A DNA stretch of 64,000 nucleotides from Eledone cirrhosa. Taxonomy: Eukaryota. The position numbers and the translations under genes are program-made. This document shows positions 27,488 to 42,000 of the stretch, piece by piece. Location: positions 414,408,001 through 414,472,000 of the forward strand of contig OZ024741.1 in the NCBI GenBank assembly GCA_964016885.1. The letters are read 5' to 3'. How positions within the stretch are numbered: position 1 is the stretch's first letter; each line of letters begins with the position of its first letter. The notes beneath the pieces are model-generated. The model searched no databases and was not told the DNA's origin. It saw nothing but the letters and a program-made list of their open reading frames with translations.

Positions 27488-30400
27488 AACCTTTAACCCC
27501 TCAACCCTGCTAACCCAATATTTCAGTACTAACCTTTAACCCCTCAACTCTGCTAACCCAATATTACAATACTAACCTTTAACCCCTCAACCCTGCTAAC
27601 CCAATATTTCAGTACTGACCTTTAACCCCTCAACCCTGCTAACCCAATGTTTCAGTACTGACCTTTAACCCGTCAACCCTGCTAACACAATATTACAATA
27701 CTAACCTTTAACCCCTCAACCCTGATAAGCCAATATTTCAGTACTAACCTTTAACCCCTCAACCCTGCTAACCCAATATTACAATACTAACCTTTAACCC
27801 CTCAACCCTGCTAACCCAATATTACAATACTAACCTTTAACCCCTCAACCCTGTTAACCCAATATTTCAGTACTGACCTTTAACCCCTCAACCCTGCTAA
27901 CCCAATATTTCAGTACTGACCTTTAACCCCTCAACCCTGCTAACCCAATATTTCAGTACTAACCTTTAACCCCTCAACCCTGCTAACCCAATATTTCAGT
28001 ACTGACCTTTAACCCCTTAACCCTGCTAACCCAATATTACAATACTAACCTTTAACCCCTCAACCCTGCTAACCCAATATTACAATACTAACCTTTAACC
28101 CCTCAACCCTGCTAACCCAATATCTCAGTACTGACCTTTAACCCCTCAACCCTGCTAACCCAATATTTCAGTACTAACCTTTAACCCCTCAATCCTGCTA
28201 ACCCAATAGTACAATACTAACCTTTAACCCCTCAACCCTGCTAACCCAATATTTCAATACTAACCTTTAACTCCTCAACCCTGCTAACCCAATATTTCAA
28301 TACTAACCTTTAACTCCTCAACCCTGCTAACCCAATATTTCAGTACTAACCTTTACCCCCTCAACCATGCTAACCCAATATTTCAGTACTGACCTTTAAC
28401 CCCTCAACCCTGCTAACCCAATATTTCAATACTAATCTTTAACCCCTCAACCCTGCTAACCCAATATTTCAGTACTGACCTTTAACCCCTCAACCCTGCT
28501 AACCCAATATTTCAGTACTAACCTTTAACCCCTCAACCCTGCTAACCCAATATTACAATACTAACCTTTAACCCCTCAACCCTGCTAACCCAATATTTCA
28601 GTACTGACCTTTTACCCCTCAACCCTGCTAACCCAATATTTGAGTACTGACCTTTAACCCCTCAACCCTGCTAACCCAATATTACAATACTAACCTTTAA
28701 ACCCTCAACCCTGCTAACCCAATATTACAATACTAACCTTTAACCCCTCAACCCTGCTAACCCAATATCTCAGTACTGACCTTTAACCCCTCAACCCTGC
28801 TAACCCAATATTTCAGTACTAACCTTTAACCCCTCAACCCTGCTAACCCAATAGTACAATACTAACCTTTAAACCCTCAACCCTGCTAACCCAATATTAC
28901 AATACTAACCTTTAACCCATCAACCCTGCTAACCCAATATCTCAGTACTGACCTTTAACCCCTCAACCCTGCTAACCCAATATTTCAGTACTGACATTTA
29001 ACCCCTCAACCCTGCTAACCCAATATTTCAGTACTAACCTTTAACCCCTCAACCCTGCTAACCCAATATTTCAATACTAACCTTTAACTCCTCAACCCTG
29101 CTAACCCAATATTTCAGTACTAACCTTTCACCCCCCAACCCTGCTAACCCAATATTTCAGTACTGACCTTTAAGCCCTCAACCCTGCTAACCCAATATTT
29201 CAGTACTGACCTTTAACCCCTCAACCCTGCTAACCCAATATTTCAATACTAACCTTTAACCCCTCAACCCTGCTAACCCAATATTACAATACTAACCTTT
29301 AACCCCTCAACCCTGCTAACCCAATATCTCAGTACTGACCTTTAACCCCTCAACCCTGCTAACCCAATATTTCAGTACTAACCTTTAACCCCTCAACCCT
29401 GCTAACCCAATAGTACAATACTAACCTTTAACCCCTCAACACTGCTAACCCAATATTTCAATACTAACCTTTAACTCCTCAACCCTGCTAACCCAATATT
29501 TCAGTGCTGACCTTTAACCCCTCAACCCTGCTAACCCAATATTTCAATACTAACCTTTAACTCCTCAACCCTGCTAACCCAATATTTCAGTACTGACCTT
29601 TAACCCCTCAACCCTGCTAACCCAATATTTCAGTACTGACCTTTAACCCCTCAACGCTGCTAACCCAATATTTCAATACTAACCTTTAACTCCTCAACCC
29701 TGCTAACCCAATATTTCAGTACTGACCTTTAACCCCTCAACCCTGCTAACCCAATATTTCAGTACTAACCTTTAACCCCTCAACCCTGCTAACCCAATAT
29801 TTCAATACTAACCTTTAACTCCTCAACTCTGCTAACCCAATATTTCAGTACTGACCTTTAACCCCTCAACCCTGCTAACCCAATATTTCAGTACTAACCT
29901 TTAACCCCTCAACCCTGCTAACCCAATATTTCAGTACTGACCTTTAACCCCTCAACCCTGCTAACCCAATATTTCAATACTAATCTTTAACCCCTCAACC
30001 CTGCTAACCCAATATTTCAGTACTGACCTTTAACCCATCAACCCTGCTAACCCAATATTTCAGTACTAACCTTTAACCCCTCAACCCTGCTAACCAAATA
30101 TTACAATACTAACCTTTAACCCCTCAACCCTGCTAACCAAATATTTCAATACTAACCTTTAACCCCTCAACCCTGCTAACCCAATATTTCAGTACTGACC
30201 TTTTACCCCTCAACCCTGCTAACCCAATATTTGAGTACTGACCTTTAACCCCTCAACCCTGCTAACCCAATATTACAATACTAACCTTTAAACCCTCAAC
30301 CCTGCTAACCCAATATTACAATACTAACCTTTAACCCCTCAACCCTGCTAACCCAATATCTCAGTACTGACCTTTAACCCCTCAACCCTGCTAACCCAAT

Positions 30401-30791
30401 ATTTCAGTACTAACCTTTAACCCCTCAACCCTGCTAACCCAATAGTACAATACTAACCTTTAAACCCTAAACCCTGCTAACCCAATATTACAATACTAAC
30501 CTTTAACCCCTCAACCCTGCTAACCCAATATTTCAGTACTGACCTTTAACCCCTCAACCCTGCTAACCCAATATTTCAATACTAACCTTTAACCCCTCAA
30601 CCCTGCTAACCCAATATTTCAGTACTGACCTTTAACCCCTCAACCCTGCTAACCCAATATTTCAGTACTGACCTTTAACCCCTCAACCCTGCTAACCCAA
30701 TATTTCAGTACTGACCTTTAACCCCTCAACGCTGCTAACCCAATATTACAATACTAACCTTTAACCCCTCAACCCTGCTAACCCAATATTT

Positions 30792-32986
30792 CAATACTAA
30801 CCTTTAACCCCTCAACCCTGTTAACCCAATATTTCAGTACTGACCTTTAACCCCTCAACCCTGCTAACCCAATATTTCAGTACTGACCTTTAACCCCTCA
30901 ACCCTGCTAACCCAATATTTCAGTACTGACCTTTAACCCCTCAACCCTGCTAACCCAATATTTCAGTACTGACCTTTAACCCCTCAACCCTGCTAACCCA
31001 ATATTTCAGTACTGACCTTTAACCCCTCAACGCTGCTAACCCAATATTTCAATACTAACCTTTAACTCCTCAACCCTGCTAACCCAATATTTCAGTACTA
31101 ACCTTTAACCCCTCAACCCTGCTAACCCAATATTTCAGTACTAACCTTTAACCCCTCAACTCTGCTAACCCAATATTACAATACTAACCTTTAACCCCTC
31201 AACCCTGCTAACCCAATATTTCAGTACTGACCTTTAACCCCTCAACCCTGCTAACCCAATGTTTCAGTACTGACCTTTAACCCGTCAACCCTGCTAACAC
31301 AATATTACAATACTAACCTTTAACCCCTCAACCCTGATAAGCCAATATTTCAGTACTAACCTTTAACCCCTCAACCCTGCTAACCCAATATTACAATACT
31401 AACCTTTAACCCCTCAACCCTGCTAACCCAATATTACAATACTAACCTTTAACCCCTCAACCCTGTTAACCCAATATTTCAGTACTGACCTTTAACCCCT
31501 CAACCCTGCTAACCCAATATTTCAGTACTGACCTTTAACCCCTCAACCCTGCTAACCCAATATTTCAGTACTAACCTTTAACCCCTCAACCCTGCTAACC
31601 CAATATTTCAGTACTGACCTTTAACCCCTTAACCCTGCTAACCCAATATTACAATACTAACCTTTAACCCCTCAACCCTGCTAACCCAATATTACAATAC
31701 TAACCTTTAACCCCTCAACCCTGCTAACCCAATATCTCAGTACTGACCTTTAACCCCTCAACCCTGCTAACCCAATATTTCAGTACTAACCTTTAACCCC
31801 TCAATCCTGCTAACCCAATAGTACAATACTAACCTTTAACCCCTCAACCCTGCTAACCCAATATTTCAATACTAACCTTTAACTCCTCAACCCTGCTAAC
31901 CCAATATTTCAATACTAACCTTTAACTCCTCAACCCTGCTAACCCAATATTTCAGTACTAACCTTTACCCCCTCAACCATGCTAACCCAATATTTCAGTA
32001 CTGACCTTTAACCCCTCAACCCTGCTAACCCAATATTTCAATACTAATCTTTAACCCCTCAACCCTGCTAACCCAATATTTCAGTACTGACCTTTAACCC
32101 CTCAACCCTGCTAACCCAATATTTCAGTACTAACCTTTAACCCCTCAACCCTGCTAACCCAATATTACAATACTAACCTTTAACCCCTCAACCCTGCTAA
32201 CCCAATATTTCAGTACTGACCTTTTACCCCTCAACCCTGCTAACCCAATATTTGAGTACTGACCTTTAACCCCTCAACCCTGCTAACCCAATATTACAAT
32301 ACTAACCTTTAAACCCTCAACCCTGCTAACCCAATATTACAATACTAACCTTTAACCCCTCAACCCTGCTAACCCAATATCTCAGTACTGACCTTTAACC
32401 CCTCAACCCTGCTAACCCAATATTTCAGTACTAACCTTTAACCCCTCAACCCTGCTAACCCAATAGTACAATACTAACCTTTAAACCCTCAACCCTGCTA
32501 ACCCAATATTACAATACTAACCTTTAACCCATCAACCCTGCTAACCCAATATCTCAGTACTGACCTTTAACCCCTCAACCCTGCTAACCCAATATTTCAG
32601 TACTGACATTTAACCCCTCAACCCTGCTAACCCAATATTTCAGTACTAACCTTTAACCCCTCAACCCTGCTAACCCAATATTTCAATACTAACCTTTAAC
32701 TCCTCAACCCTGCTAACCCAATATTTCAGTACTAACCTTTCACCCCCCAACCCTGCTAACCCAATATTTCAGTACTGACCTTTAAGCCCTCAACCCTGCT
32801 AACCCAATATTTCAGTACTGACCTTTAACCCCTCAACCCTGCTAACCCAATATTTCAATACTAACCTTTAACCCCTCAACCCTGCTAACCCAATATTACA
32901 ATACTAACCTTTAACCCCTCAACCCTGCTAACCCAATATCTCAGTACTGACCTTTAACCCCTCAACCCTGCTAACCCAATATTTCA
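30792..32986 (+). repeat. Copy of about 27180-29374 (offset 3612 bp = 84 monomers)
   Basis: CAACCCTGTT 27201/30813, the CCCGTCAA G 27672/31284, CCTGATAAGC 27721/31333, AACCCCTTAA 28011/31623 and CCTTTTACCC 28608/32220 are all +3612. Confidence 0.93.
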
Positions 32987-35437
32987 ATACTAACCTTTAA
33001 CCCCTCAACCCTGCTAACCCAATATTTCAATACTAACCTTTAACTCCTCAACCCTACTAACCCAATATCTCAGTACTGACCTTTAACCCCTCAACCCTGC
33101 TAACCCAATATTTCAATACTAACCTTTAACCCCTCAACCCTGCTAACCCAATATTTCAATACTAACCTTTAACTCCTCAACCCTACTAACCCAATATCTC
33201 AGTACTGACCTTTAACCCCTCAACCCTGCTAACCCAATATTTCAGTACTGACCTTTAACCCCTCAACCCTGCTAACCCAATATTACAATACTAACCTTTA
33301 ACCCCTCAACCCTGCTAACCCAATATTTCAGTACTAACCTTTAACCCCTCAACCCTGCTAACCCAATATTTCAGTACTGACCTTTAACCCCTCAACCCTG
33401 CTAACCCAATATTTCAATACTAACCTTTAACTCCTCAACCCTGCTAACCCAATATTTCAGTACTGACCTTTAACCCCTCAACCCTGCTAACCCAATATTT
33501 CAATACTAACCTTTAACTCCTCAACCCTGCTAACCCAATATTTCAGTACTGACCTTTAACCCCTCAACCCTGCTAACCCAATATTTCAATACTAACCTTT
33601 AACCCCTCAACCCTGCTAACCCAATATTTCAATACTAACCTTTAACCCCTCAACCCTGCTAACCCAATATTTCAGTACTGACCTTTAACCCCTCAACCCT
33701 GCTAACCCAATATTTCAGTACTAACCTTTAACCCCTCAACCCTGCTAACCCAATATTTCAATACTAACCTTTAACTCCTCAACTCTGCTAACCCAATATT
33801 TCAGTACTGACCTTTAACCCCTCAACCCTGCTAACCCAATATTTCAGTACTAACCTTTAACCCCTCAACCCTGCTAACCCAATATTTCAGTACTGACCTT
33901 TAACCCCTCAACCCTGCTAACCCAATATTTCAATACTAATCTTTAACCCCTCAACCCTGCTAACCCAATATTTCAGTACTGACCTTTAAACCCTCAACGC
34001 TGCTAACCCAATATTACAATACTAACCTTTAACCCCTCAACCCTGCTAACCCAATATTTCAATACTAACCTTTAACTCCTCAACCCTGCTAACCCAATAT
34101 TTCAGTACTAACCTTTCACCCCCCAACCCTGCTAACCCAATATTTCAGTACTGACCTTTAAGCCCTCAACCCTGCTAACCCAATATTTCAGTACTGACCT
34201 TTAACCCCTCAACCCTGCTAACCCAATATTTCAATACTAACCTTTAACCCCTCAACCCTGCTAACCCAATATTACAATACTAACCTTTAACCCCTCAACC
34301 CTGCTAACCCAATATCTCAGTACTGACCTTTAACCCCTCAACCCTGCTAACCCAATATTTCAATACTAACCTTTAACCCCTCAACCCTGCTAACCCAATA
34401 TTTCAATACTAACCTTTAACTCCTCAACCCTACTAACCCAATATCTCAGTACTGACCTTTAACCCCTCAACCCTGCTAACCCAATATTTCAATACTAACC
34501 TTTAACCCCTCAACCCTGCTAACCCAATATTTCAATACTAACCTTTAACTCCTCAACCCTACTAACCCAATATCTCAGTACTGACCTTTAACCCCTCAAC
34601 CCTGCTAACCCAATATTTCAGTACTGACCTTTAACCCCTCAACCCTGCTAACCCAATATTACAATACTAACCTTTAACCCCTCAACCCTGCTAACCCAAT
34701 ATTTCAGTACTAACCTTTAACCCCTCAACCCTGCTAACCCAATATTTCAGTACTGACCTTTAACCCCTCAACCCTGCTAACCCAATATTTCAATACTAAC
34801 CTTTAACTCCTCAACCCTGCTAACCCAATATTTCAGTACTGACCTTTAACCCCTCAACCCTGCTAACCCAATATTTCAATACTAACCTTTAACTCCTCAA
34901 CCCTGCTAACCCAATATTTCAGTACTGACCTTTAACCCCTCAACCCTGCTAACCCAATATTTCAATACTAACCTTTAACCCCTCAACCCTGCTAACCCAA
35001 TATTTCAATACTAACCTTTAACCCCTCAACCCTGCTAACCCAATATTTCAGTACTGACCTTTAACCCCTCAACCCTGCTAACCCAATATTTCAGTACTAA
35101 CCTTTAACCCCTCAACCCTGCTAACCCAATATTTCAATACTAACCTTTAACTCCTCAACTCTGCTAACCCAATATTTCAGTACTGACCTTTAACCCCTCA
35201 ACCCTGCTAACCCAATATTTCAGTACTAACCTTTAACCCCTCAACCCTGCTAACCCAATATTTCAGTACTGACCTTTAACCCCTCAACCCTGCTAACCCA
35301 ATATTTCAATACTAATCTTTAACCCCTCAACCCTGCTAACCCAATATTTCAGTACTGACCTTTAAACCCTCAACGCTGCTAACCCAATATTACAATACTA
35401 ACCTTTAACCCCTCAACCCTGCTAACCCAATATTTCA
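32644..35437 (+). repeat. Tandem duplication of a 32-monomer block (1376 bp)
   Basis: CACCCCCCAA 32741/34117 and TTTAAACCCTCAACGC 33985/35361 are both +1376. The paired CCCTACTAAC monomers are duplicated likewise. Confidence 0.9.
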
Positions 35438-38400
35438 GTACTAACCTTTAACCCCTCAACCCTGCTAACCAAATATTACAATACTAACCTTTAACCCCTC
35501 AACCCTGCTAACCAAATATTACAATACTAACCTTTAACCCCTCAACCCTGCTAACCAAATATTTCAATACTAACCTTTAACCCCTCAACCCTGCTAACGC
35601 AATATTTCAATACTAACCTTTAGCCCCTCAACCCTGCTAACCCAATATTTCAGTACTAACCTTTAACCCCTCAACCCTGCTAACCCAATATTTCAGTACT
35701 GACCTTTAACCCCTCAACGCTTCTAACCCAATATTTCAATACTAATCTTTAACCCCTCAACCCTGCTAACCCAATATTTCAATACTAACCTTTAACCCCT
35801 CAACCCTGCTAACCCAATATTTCAATACTAACCTTTAACCCCTCAACCCTGCTAACCCAATATTTCAGTACTAACCTTTAACCCCTCAACCCTGCTAACC
35901 CAATATTTCAGTACTGACCTTTAACCCCTCAACCCTGCTAACCCAATATTTCAGTACTAACCTTTCACCCCTCAACCCTGCTAACCCAATATTTCAGTAC
36001 TGACCTTTAACCCCTCAACCCTGCTAACCCAATATTTCAGTACTGACCTTTAACCCCTCAACCCTGCTAACCCAATATTTCAGTACTAACCTTTCACCCC
36101 TCAACCCTGCTAACCCAATATTTCAGTACTGACCTTTAACCCCTCAACCCTGCTAACCCAATATTTCAGTACTGACCTTTAACCCCTCAACCCTGCTAAC
36201 CCAATATTTCAGTACTAACCTTTCACCCCTCAACCCTGCTAACCCAATATTTCAGTACTAACCTTTAACCCCTCAACCCTGCTAACCCAATATTTCAGTA
36301 CTGACCTTTAACCCCTCAACCCTGCTAACCCAATATTTCAGTACTAACCTTTCACCCCTCAACCCTGCTAACCCAATATTTCAGTACTGACCTTTAACCC
36401 CTCAACCCTGCTAACCCAATATTTCAGTACTGACCTTTAACCCCTCAACCCTGCTAACCCAATATTTCAATACTAACCTTTAACCCCTCAACCCTGCTAA
36501 CCCAATATTACAATACTAACCTTTAACCCCTCAACCCTGCTAACCCAATATTTCAATACTGACCTTTAACCCCTCAACCCTGCTAACCCAATATTTCAAT
36601 ACTAATCATTAACCCCTCAACCCTGCTAACCCAATATTTCAGTACTGACCTTTAACCCCTCAACGCTGCTAACCCAATATTACAATACTAACCTTTAACC
36701 CCTCAACCCTGCTAACCCAATATTTCAATACTAACCTTTAACCCCTCAACCCTGCTAACCCAATATTTCAGTACTGACCTTTAACCCCTGAACCCTGCTA
36801 ACCCAATATTTCAGTAGTGACCTTTAACCCCTCAACCCTGCTAACCCAATATTTCAGTACTGACCTTTAACCCCTCAACCTTGCTAACCCAATATTTCAA
36901 TACTAACCTTTAACCCTCAACCCTGCTAACCAAATATTTCAATACTGACCTTTAACCCCTCAACCCTGCTAACCCAATATTTCAGTACTGACCTTTAACC
37001 CCTCAACCCTGCTAACCCAATATTTCAGTACTGACCTTTAACCCCTCAACCCTGCTAACCCAATATTTCAGTACTGACCTTTAACCCCTCAAACTTGCTA
37101 ACCCAATATTTCAATACTAACCTTTAACCCTCAACCATGCTAACCCAATATTTCAATACTGACCTTTAACCCTCAATCCTGCTAACCCAATATTTCAGTA
37201 CTGACCTTTAACTCCTCAACCCTGCTAACCCAATATTTCAATACTAACCTTTAACTCCTCAACCCTGCTAACCAAATATTTCAGTACTGACCTTTAACCC
37301 CTCAACCCTGCTAACCCAATATTTCAATACTGACCTTTAACCCCTCAACCCTGCTAACCCAAGATTTCAGTACTGACCTTTAACCCCTCAACCCTGCTAA
37401 CCCAATATTTCAATACTGACCTTTAACCCCTCAACCCTGCTAACCCAATATTTCAATACTAACCTTTACCTCATCAACCCTGCTAACCCAATATTTCAAT
37501 ACTAACCTTTAACCCCTCAACCCTGCTAACCCAATATTTCAATACTAACCTTTAACCCCTCAACCCTGCTAACCCAATATTTCAGTACTGACCTTTAACC
37601 CCTCAACGCTGCTAACCCAATATTACAATACTAACCTTTAACCCCTCAACCCTGCTAACCCAATATTTCAATACTAACCTTTAACCCCTCAAACCTGCTA
37701 ACCCGATATTTCAGTACTAACCTTTAACCCCTCAACCCTGCTAACCCAATATTTCAATACTAACCTTTAACCCCTCAACCCTGCTAACCCAATATTTCAA
37801 TACTAGCCTTTAACCCCTCAACCCTACTAACCCAATATTTCAATACTAACCTTTAACCCCTCAACCCTGCTAACCCAATATTTCAGTACTAACCTTTAAC
37901 CCCTCAACCCTCCTAACCCAATATTTCAGTACTGAACTTTAACCCCTCAACCCTGCTAACCCAATATTTCAGTACTAACCTTTAACCCCTCAAACCTGCT
38001 AACCAAATATTTCAAGACTGAACTTTAACCCCTCAACCCTGCTAACCCAATATTTCAATACTAATCTTAAACCCCTCAACCCAGCTAACCCAATATTTCA
38101 GTACTGACCTTTAACCCCTAAACCCTGCTAACCCAATATTTCAGTACTAACCTTTAACCCCTCAACCCTGCTAACCCAATATTACAATACTAACCTTTAA
38201 CACCTCAACCCTGCCAACGCAATATTTCAATACTAACCTTTAACCCCTCAACCCTGCTAACCCAATATTACAATACTAACCTTTAACACCTCAACCCTGC
38301 CAACGCAATATTTCAATACTAACCTTTAACCCAACACTGCTAACCCAATATTTCAGTACTGACCTTTAACCCCTCAACCCTGCTAACCCAATATTTCAGT

Positions 38401-39099
38401 ACTGACCTTTAACCCCTCAACCCTGCTAACCCAATATTACAATACTAACCTTTAACCCCTCAACCCTGCTAACCCAATATTACAATACTAACCTTTAACC
38501 CCTCAACCTTGCTAACCCAATATCTCAGTACTGACCTTTAACCCCTCAACCCTGCTAACCCAATATTTCAGTACTAACCTTTAACCCCTCAACCCTGCTA
38601 ACCCAATATTACAATACTAACCTTTAACACCTCAACCCTGCCAACGCAATATTTCAATACTAACCTTTAACCCCTCAACCCTGCTAACCCAATATTACAA
38701 TACTAACCTTTAACGCCTCAACCCTGCCAACGCAATATTTCAATACTAACCTTTAACCCCTCAACCCTGCTAACCCAATATTACAATACTAACCTTTAAC
38801 ACCTCAACCCTGCCAACGCAATATTTCAATACTAACCTTTAACCCCTCAACCCTGCTAACCCAATATTACAATACTAACCTTTAACGCCTCAACCCTGCC
38901 AACGCAATATTTCAATACTAACCTTTAACCCCTCAACCCTGCTAACCCAATATTACAATACTAACCTTTAACGCCTCAACCCTGCCAACGCAATATTTCA
39001 ATACTAACCTTTAACCCCTCAACCCTGCTAACCCAATATTTCAGTACTAACCTTTAACCCCTCAACCCTGCTAACCCAATATTACAATACTAACCTTTA

Positions 39100-42000
39100 A
39101 CACCTCAACCCTGCCAACGCAATATTTCAATACTAACCTTTAACCCCTCAACCCTGCTAACCCAATATTACAATACTAACCTTTAACGCCTCAACCCTGC
39201 CAACGCAATATTTCAATACTAACCTTTAACCCCTCAACCCTGCTAACCCAATATTACAATACTAACCTTTAACGCCTCAACCCTGCCAACGCAATATTTC
39301 AATACTAACCTTTAACCCCTCAACCCTGCTAACCCAATATTACAATACTAACCTTTAACCCCTCAACACTGCTAACCCAATATTTCAGTACTGACCTTTA
39401 ACCCCTCAACCCTGCTAACCCAATATTTCAGTACTGACCTTTAACCCCTCAACCCTGCTAACCCAATATTTCAGTACTGACCTTTAACCCCTCAACCCTG
39501 CTAACCCAATATTACAATACTAACCTTTAACCCCTCAACCCTGCTAACCCAATATTACAATACTAACCTTTAACCCCTCAACCTTTCTAACCCAATATCT
39601 CAGTACTGACCTTTAACCCCTCAACCCTGCTAACCCAATATTTCAGTACTAACCTTTAACCCCTCAACCCTGCTAACCCAATAGTACAATACTAACCTTT
39701 AACCCCTCAACCCTGCTAACCCAATATTTCAATACTAACCTTTAACTCCTCAACCCTGCTAACCCAATATTTCAGTGCTGACCTTTAACCCCTAAACCCT
39801 GCTAACCCAATATTTCAGTACTGACCTTTAACCCCTCAACCCTGCTAACCCAATATTTCAGTACTGACCTTTAACCCCTCAACCCTGCTAACCCAATATT
39901 TCAGTACTGACCTTTAACCCCTCAACCCTGCTAACCCAATATTTCAGTACTGACCTTTAACCCCTCAACCCTGCTAACCCAATATTTCAGTACTGACCTT
40001 TAACCCCTCAACCCTGCTAACCCAATATTTCAGTACTGACCTTTAACCCCTCAACCCTGCTAACCCAATATTTCAGTACTGACCTTTAACCCCTCAACCC
40101 TGCTAACCCAATATTTCAGTACTGACCTTTAACCCCTCAACCCTGCTAACCCAATATTTCAGTACTGACCTTTAACCCCTCAACGCTGCTAACCCAATAT
40201 TTCAATACTAACCTTTAACTCCTCAACCCTGCTAACCCAATATTTCAGTAATGACCTTTAATCCCTCAAACCTGCAAACCCAATATTTCAGTACTGACCT
40301 TTAACCCCTCAACCCTGCTAACCCAATATTTCAGTACTGACCTTTAACCCCTCAACCCTGCTAACCCAATATTTCAGTACTGACCTTTAACCCCTCAACC
40401 CTGCTAACCCAATATTTCAGTACTAACCTTTAACCCCTCAACCCTGCTAACCCAATATTTCAGTACTGACCTTTAACCCCTCAACCCTGCTAACCCAATA
40501 TTTCAATACTGACCTTTAACCCCTCAACCCTGCTAACCCAATATTTCAGTACTGACCTTTAACCCCTCAACCCTGCTAACCCAATATTTCAATACTGACC
40601 TTTAACCCCTCAACCCTGCTAACCCAATATTTCAATACTAACCTTTAACCCCTCAACCCTGCTAACCCAATATTTCAATACTAACCTTTAACTCCTCAAC
40701 CCTGCTAACCCAATATTTCAGTACTAACCTTTAACCCCTCAACCCTGCTAACCCAATATTTCAATACTAACCTTTAACTCCTCAACCCTGCTAACCCAAT
40801 ATTTCAGTACTGACCTTTAACCCCTCAACCCTGCTAACCCAATATTTCAGTACTGACCTTTAACCCCTCAACCCTGCTAACCCAATATTTCAATACTGAC
40901 CTTTAACCCCTCAACCCTGCTAACCCAATATTTCAATACTAACCTTTAACCCCTCAACCCTGCTAACCCAATATTTCAATACTAACCTTTAACTCCTCAA
41001 CCCTGCTAACCCAATATTTCAGTACTAACCTTTAACCCCTCAACCCTGCTAACCCAATATTTCAATACTAACCTTTAACTCCTCAACCCTGCTAACCCAA
41101 TATTTCAGTACTAACCTTTAACCCCTCAACCCTGCTAACCCAATATTTCAATACTAACCTTTAACTCCTCAACCCTGCTAACCCAATATTTCAGTACTGA
41201 CCTTTAACCCCTCAACCCTGCTAACCCAATATTTCAGTAATGACCTTTAACCCCTCAACCCTGCTAACCCAATATTTCAGTACTGACCTTTAACCCCTCA
41301 ACCCTGCTAACCCAATATTTCAGTACTGACCTTTAACCCCTCAACCCTGCTAACCCAATATTTCAGTAATGACCTTTAACCCCTCAACCCTGCTAACCCA
41401 ATATTTCAGTACTAACCTTTAACCCCTCAACCCTGCTAACCCAATATTTCAGTACTGACCTTTAAACCCACAACCCTGCTAACCCAATATTTCAGTACTG
41501 ACCTTTAACCCCTCAACCCTGCTAACCCAATATTTCAGTACTAACCTTTAACCCCTCAACCCTGCTAACCCAATATTTCAATACTGACCTTTAACCCCTC
41601 AACCCTGCTAACCCAATATTTCAGTATTGACCTTTAACCCCTCAACCCTGCTAACCCAATATTTCAATACTAACCTTTAACCCCTCAACCCTGCTAACCC
41701 AATATTTCAGTACTGACCTTTAACCCCTCAACCCTGCTAACCCAATATTTCAATACTAACCTTTAACCCCTCAACCCTGCTAACCCAATATTTCAGTACT
41801 GACCTTTAACCCCTCAACCCTGCTAACCCAATATTTCAGTACTAACCTTTAACCCCTCAACCCTGCTAACCCAATATTTCAGTACTGACCTTTAACCCCT
41901 CAACCCTGCTAACCCAATATTTCAGTACTAACCTTTAACCCCTCAACCCTGCTAACCCAATATTTCAGTACTGACCTTTAACCCCTCAACCCTGCTAACC

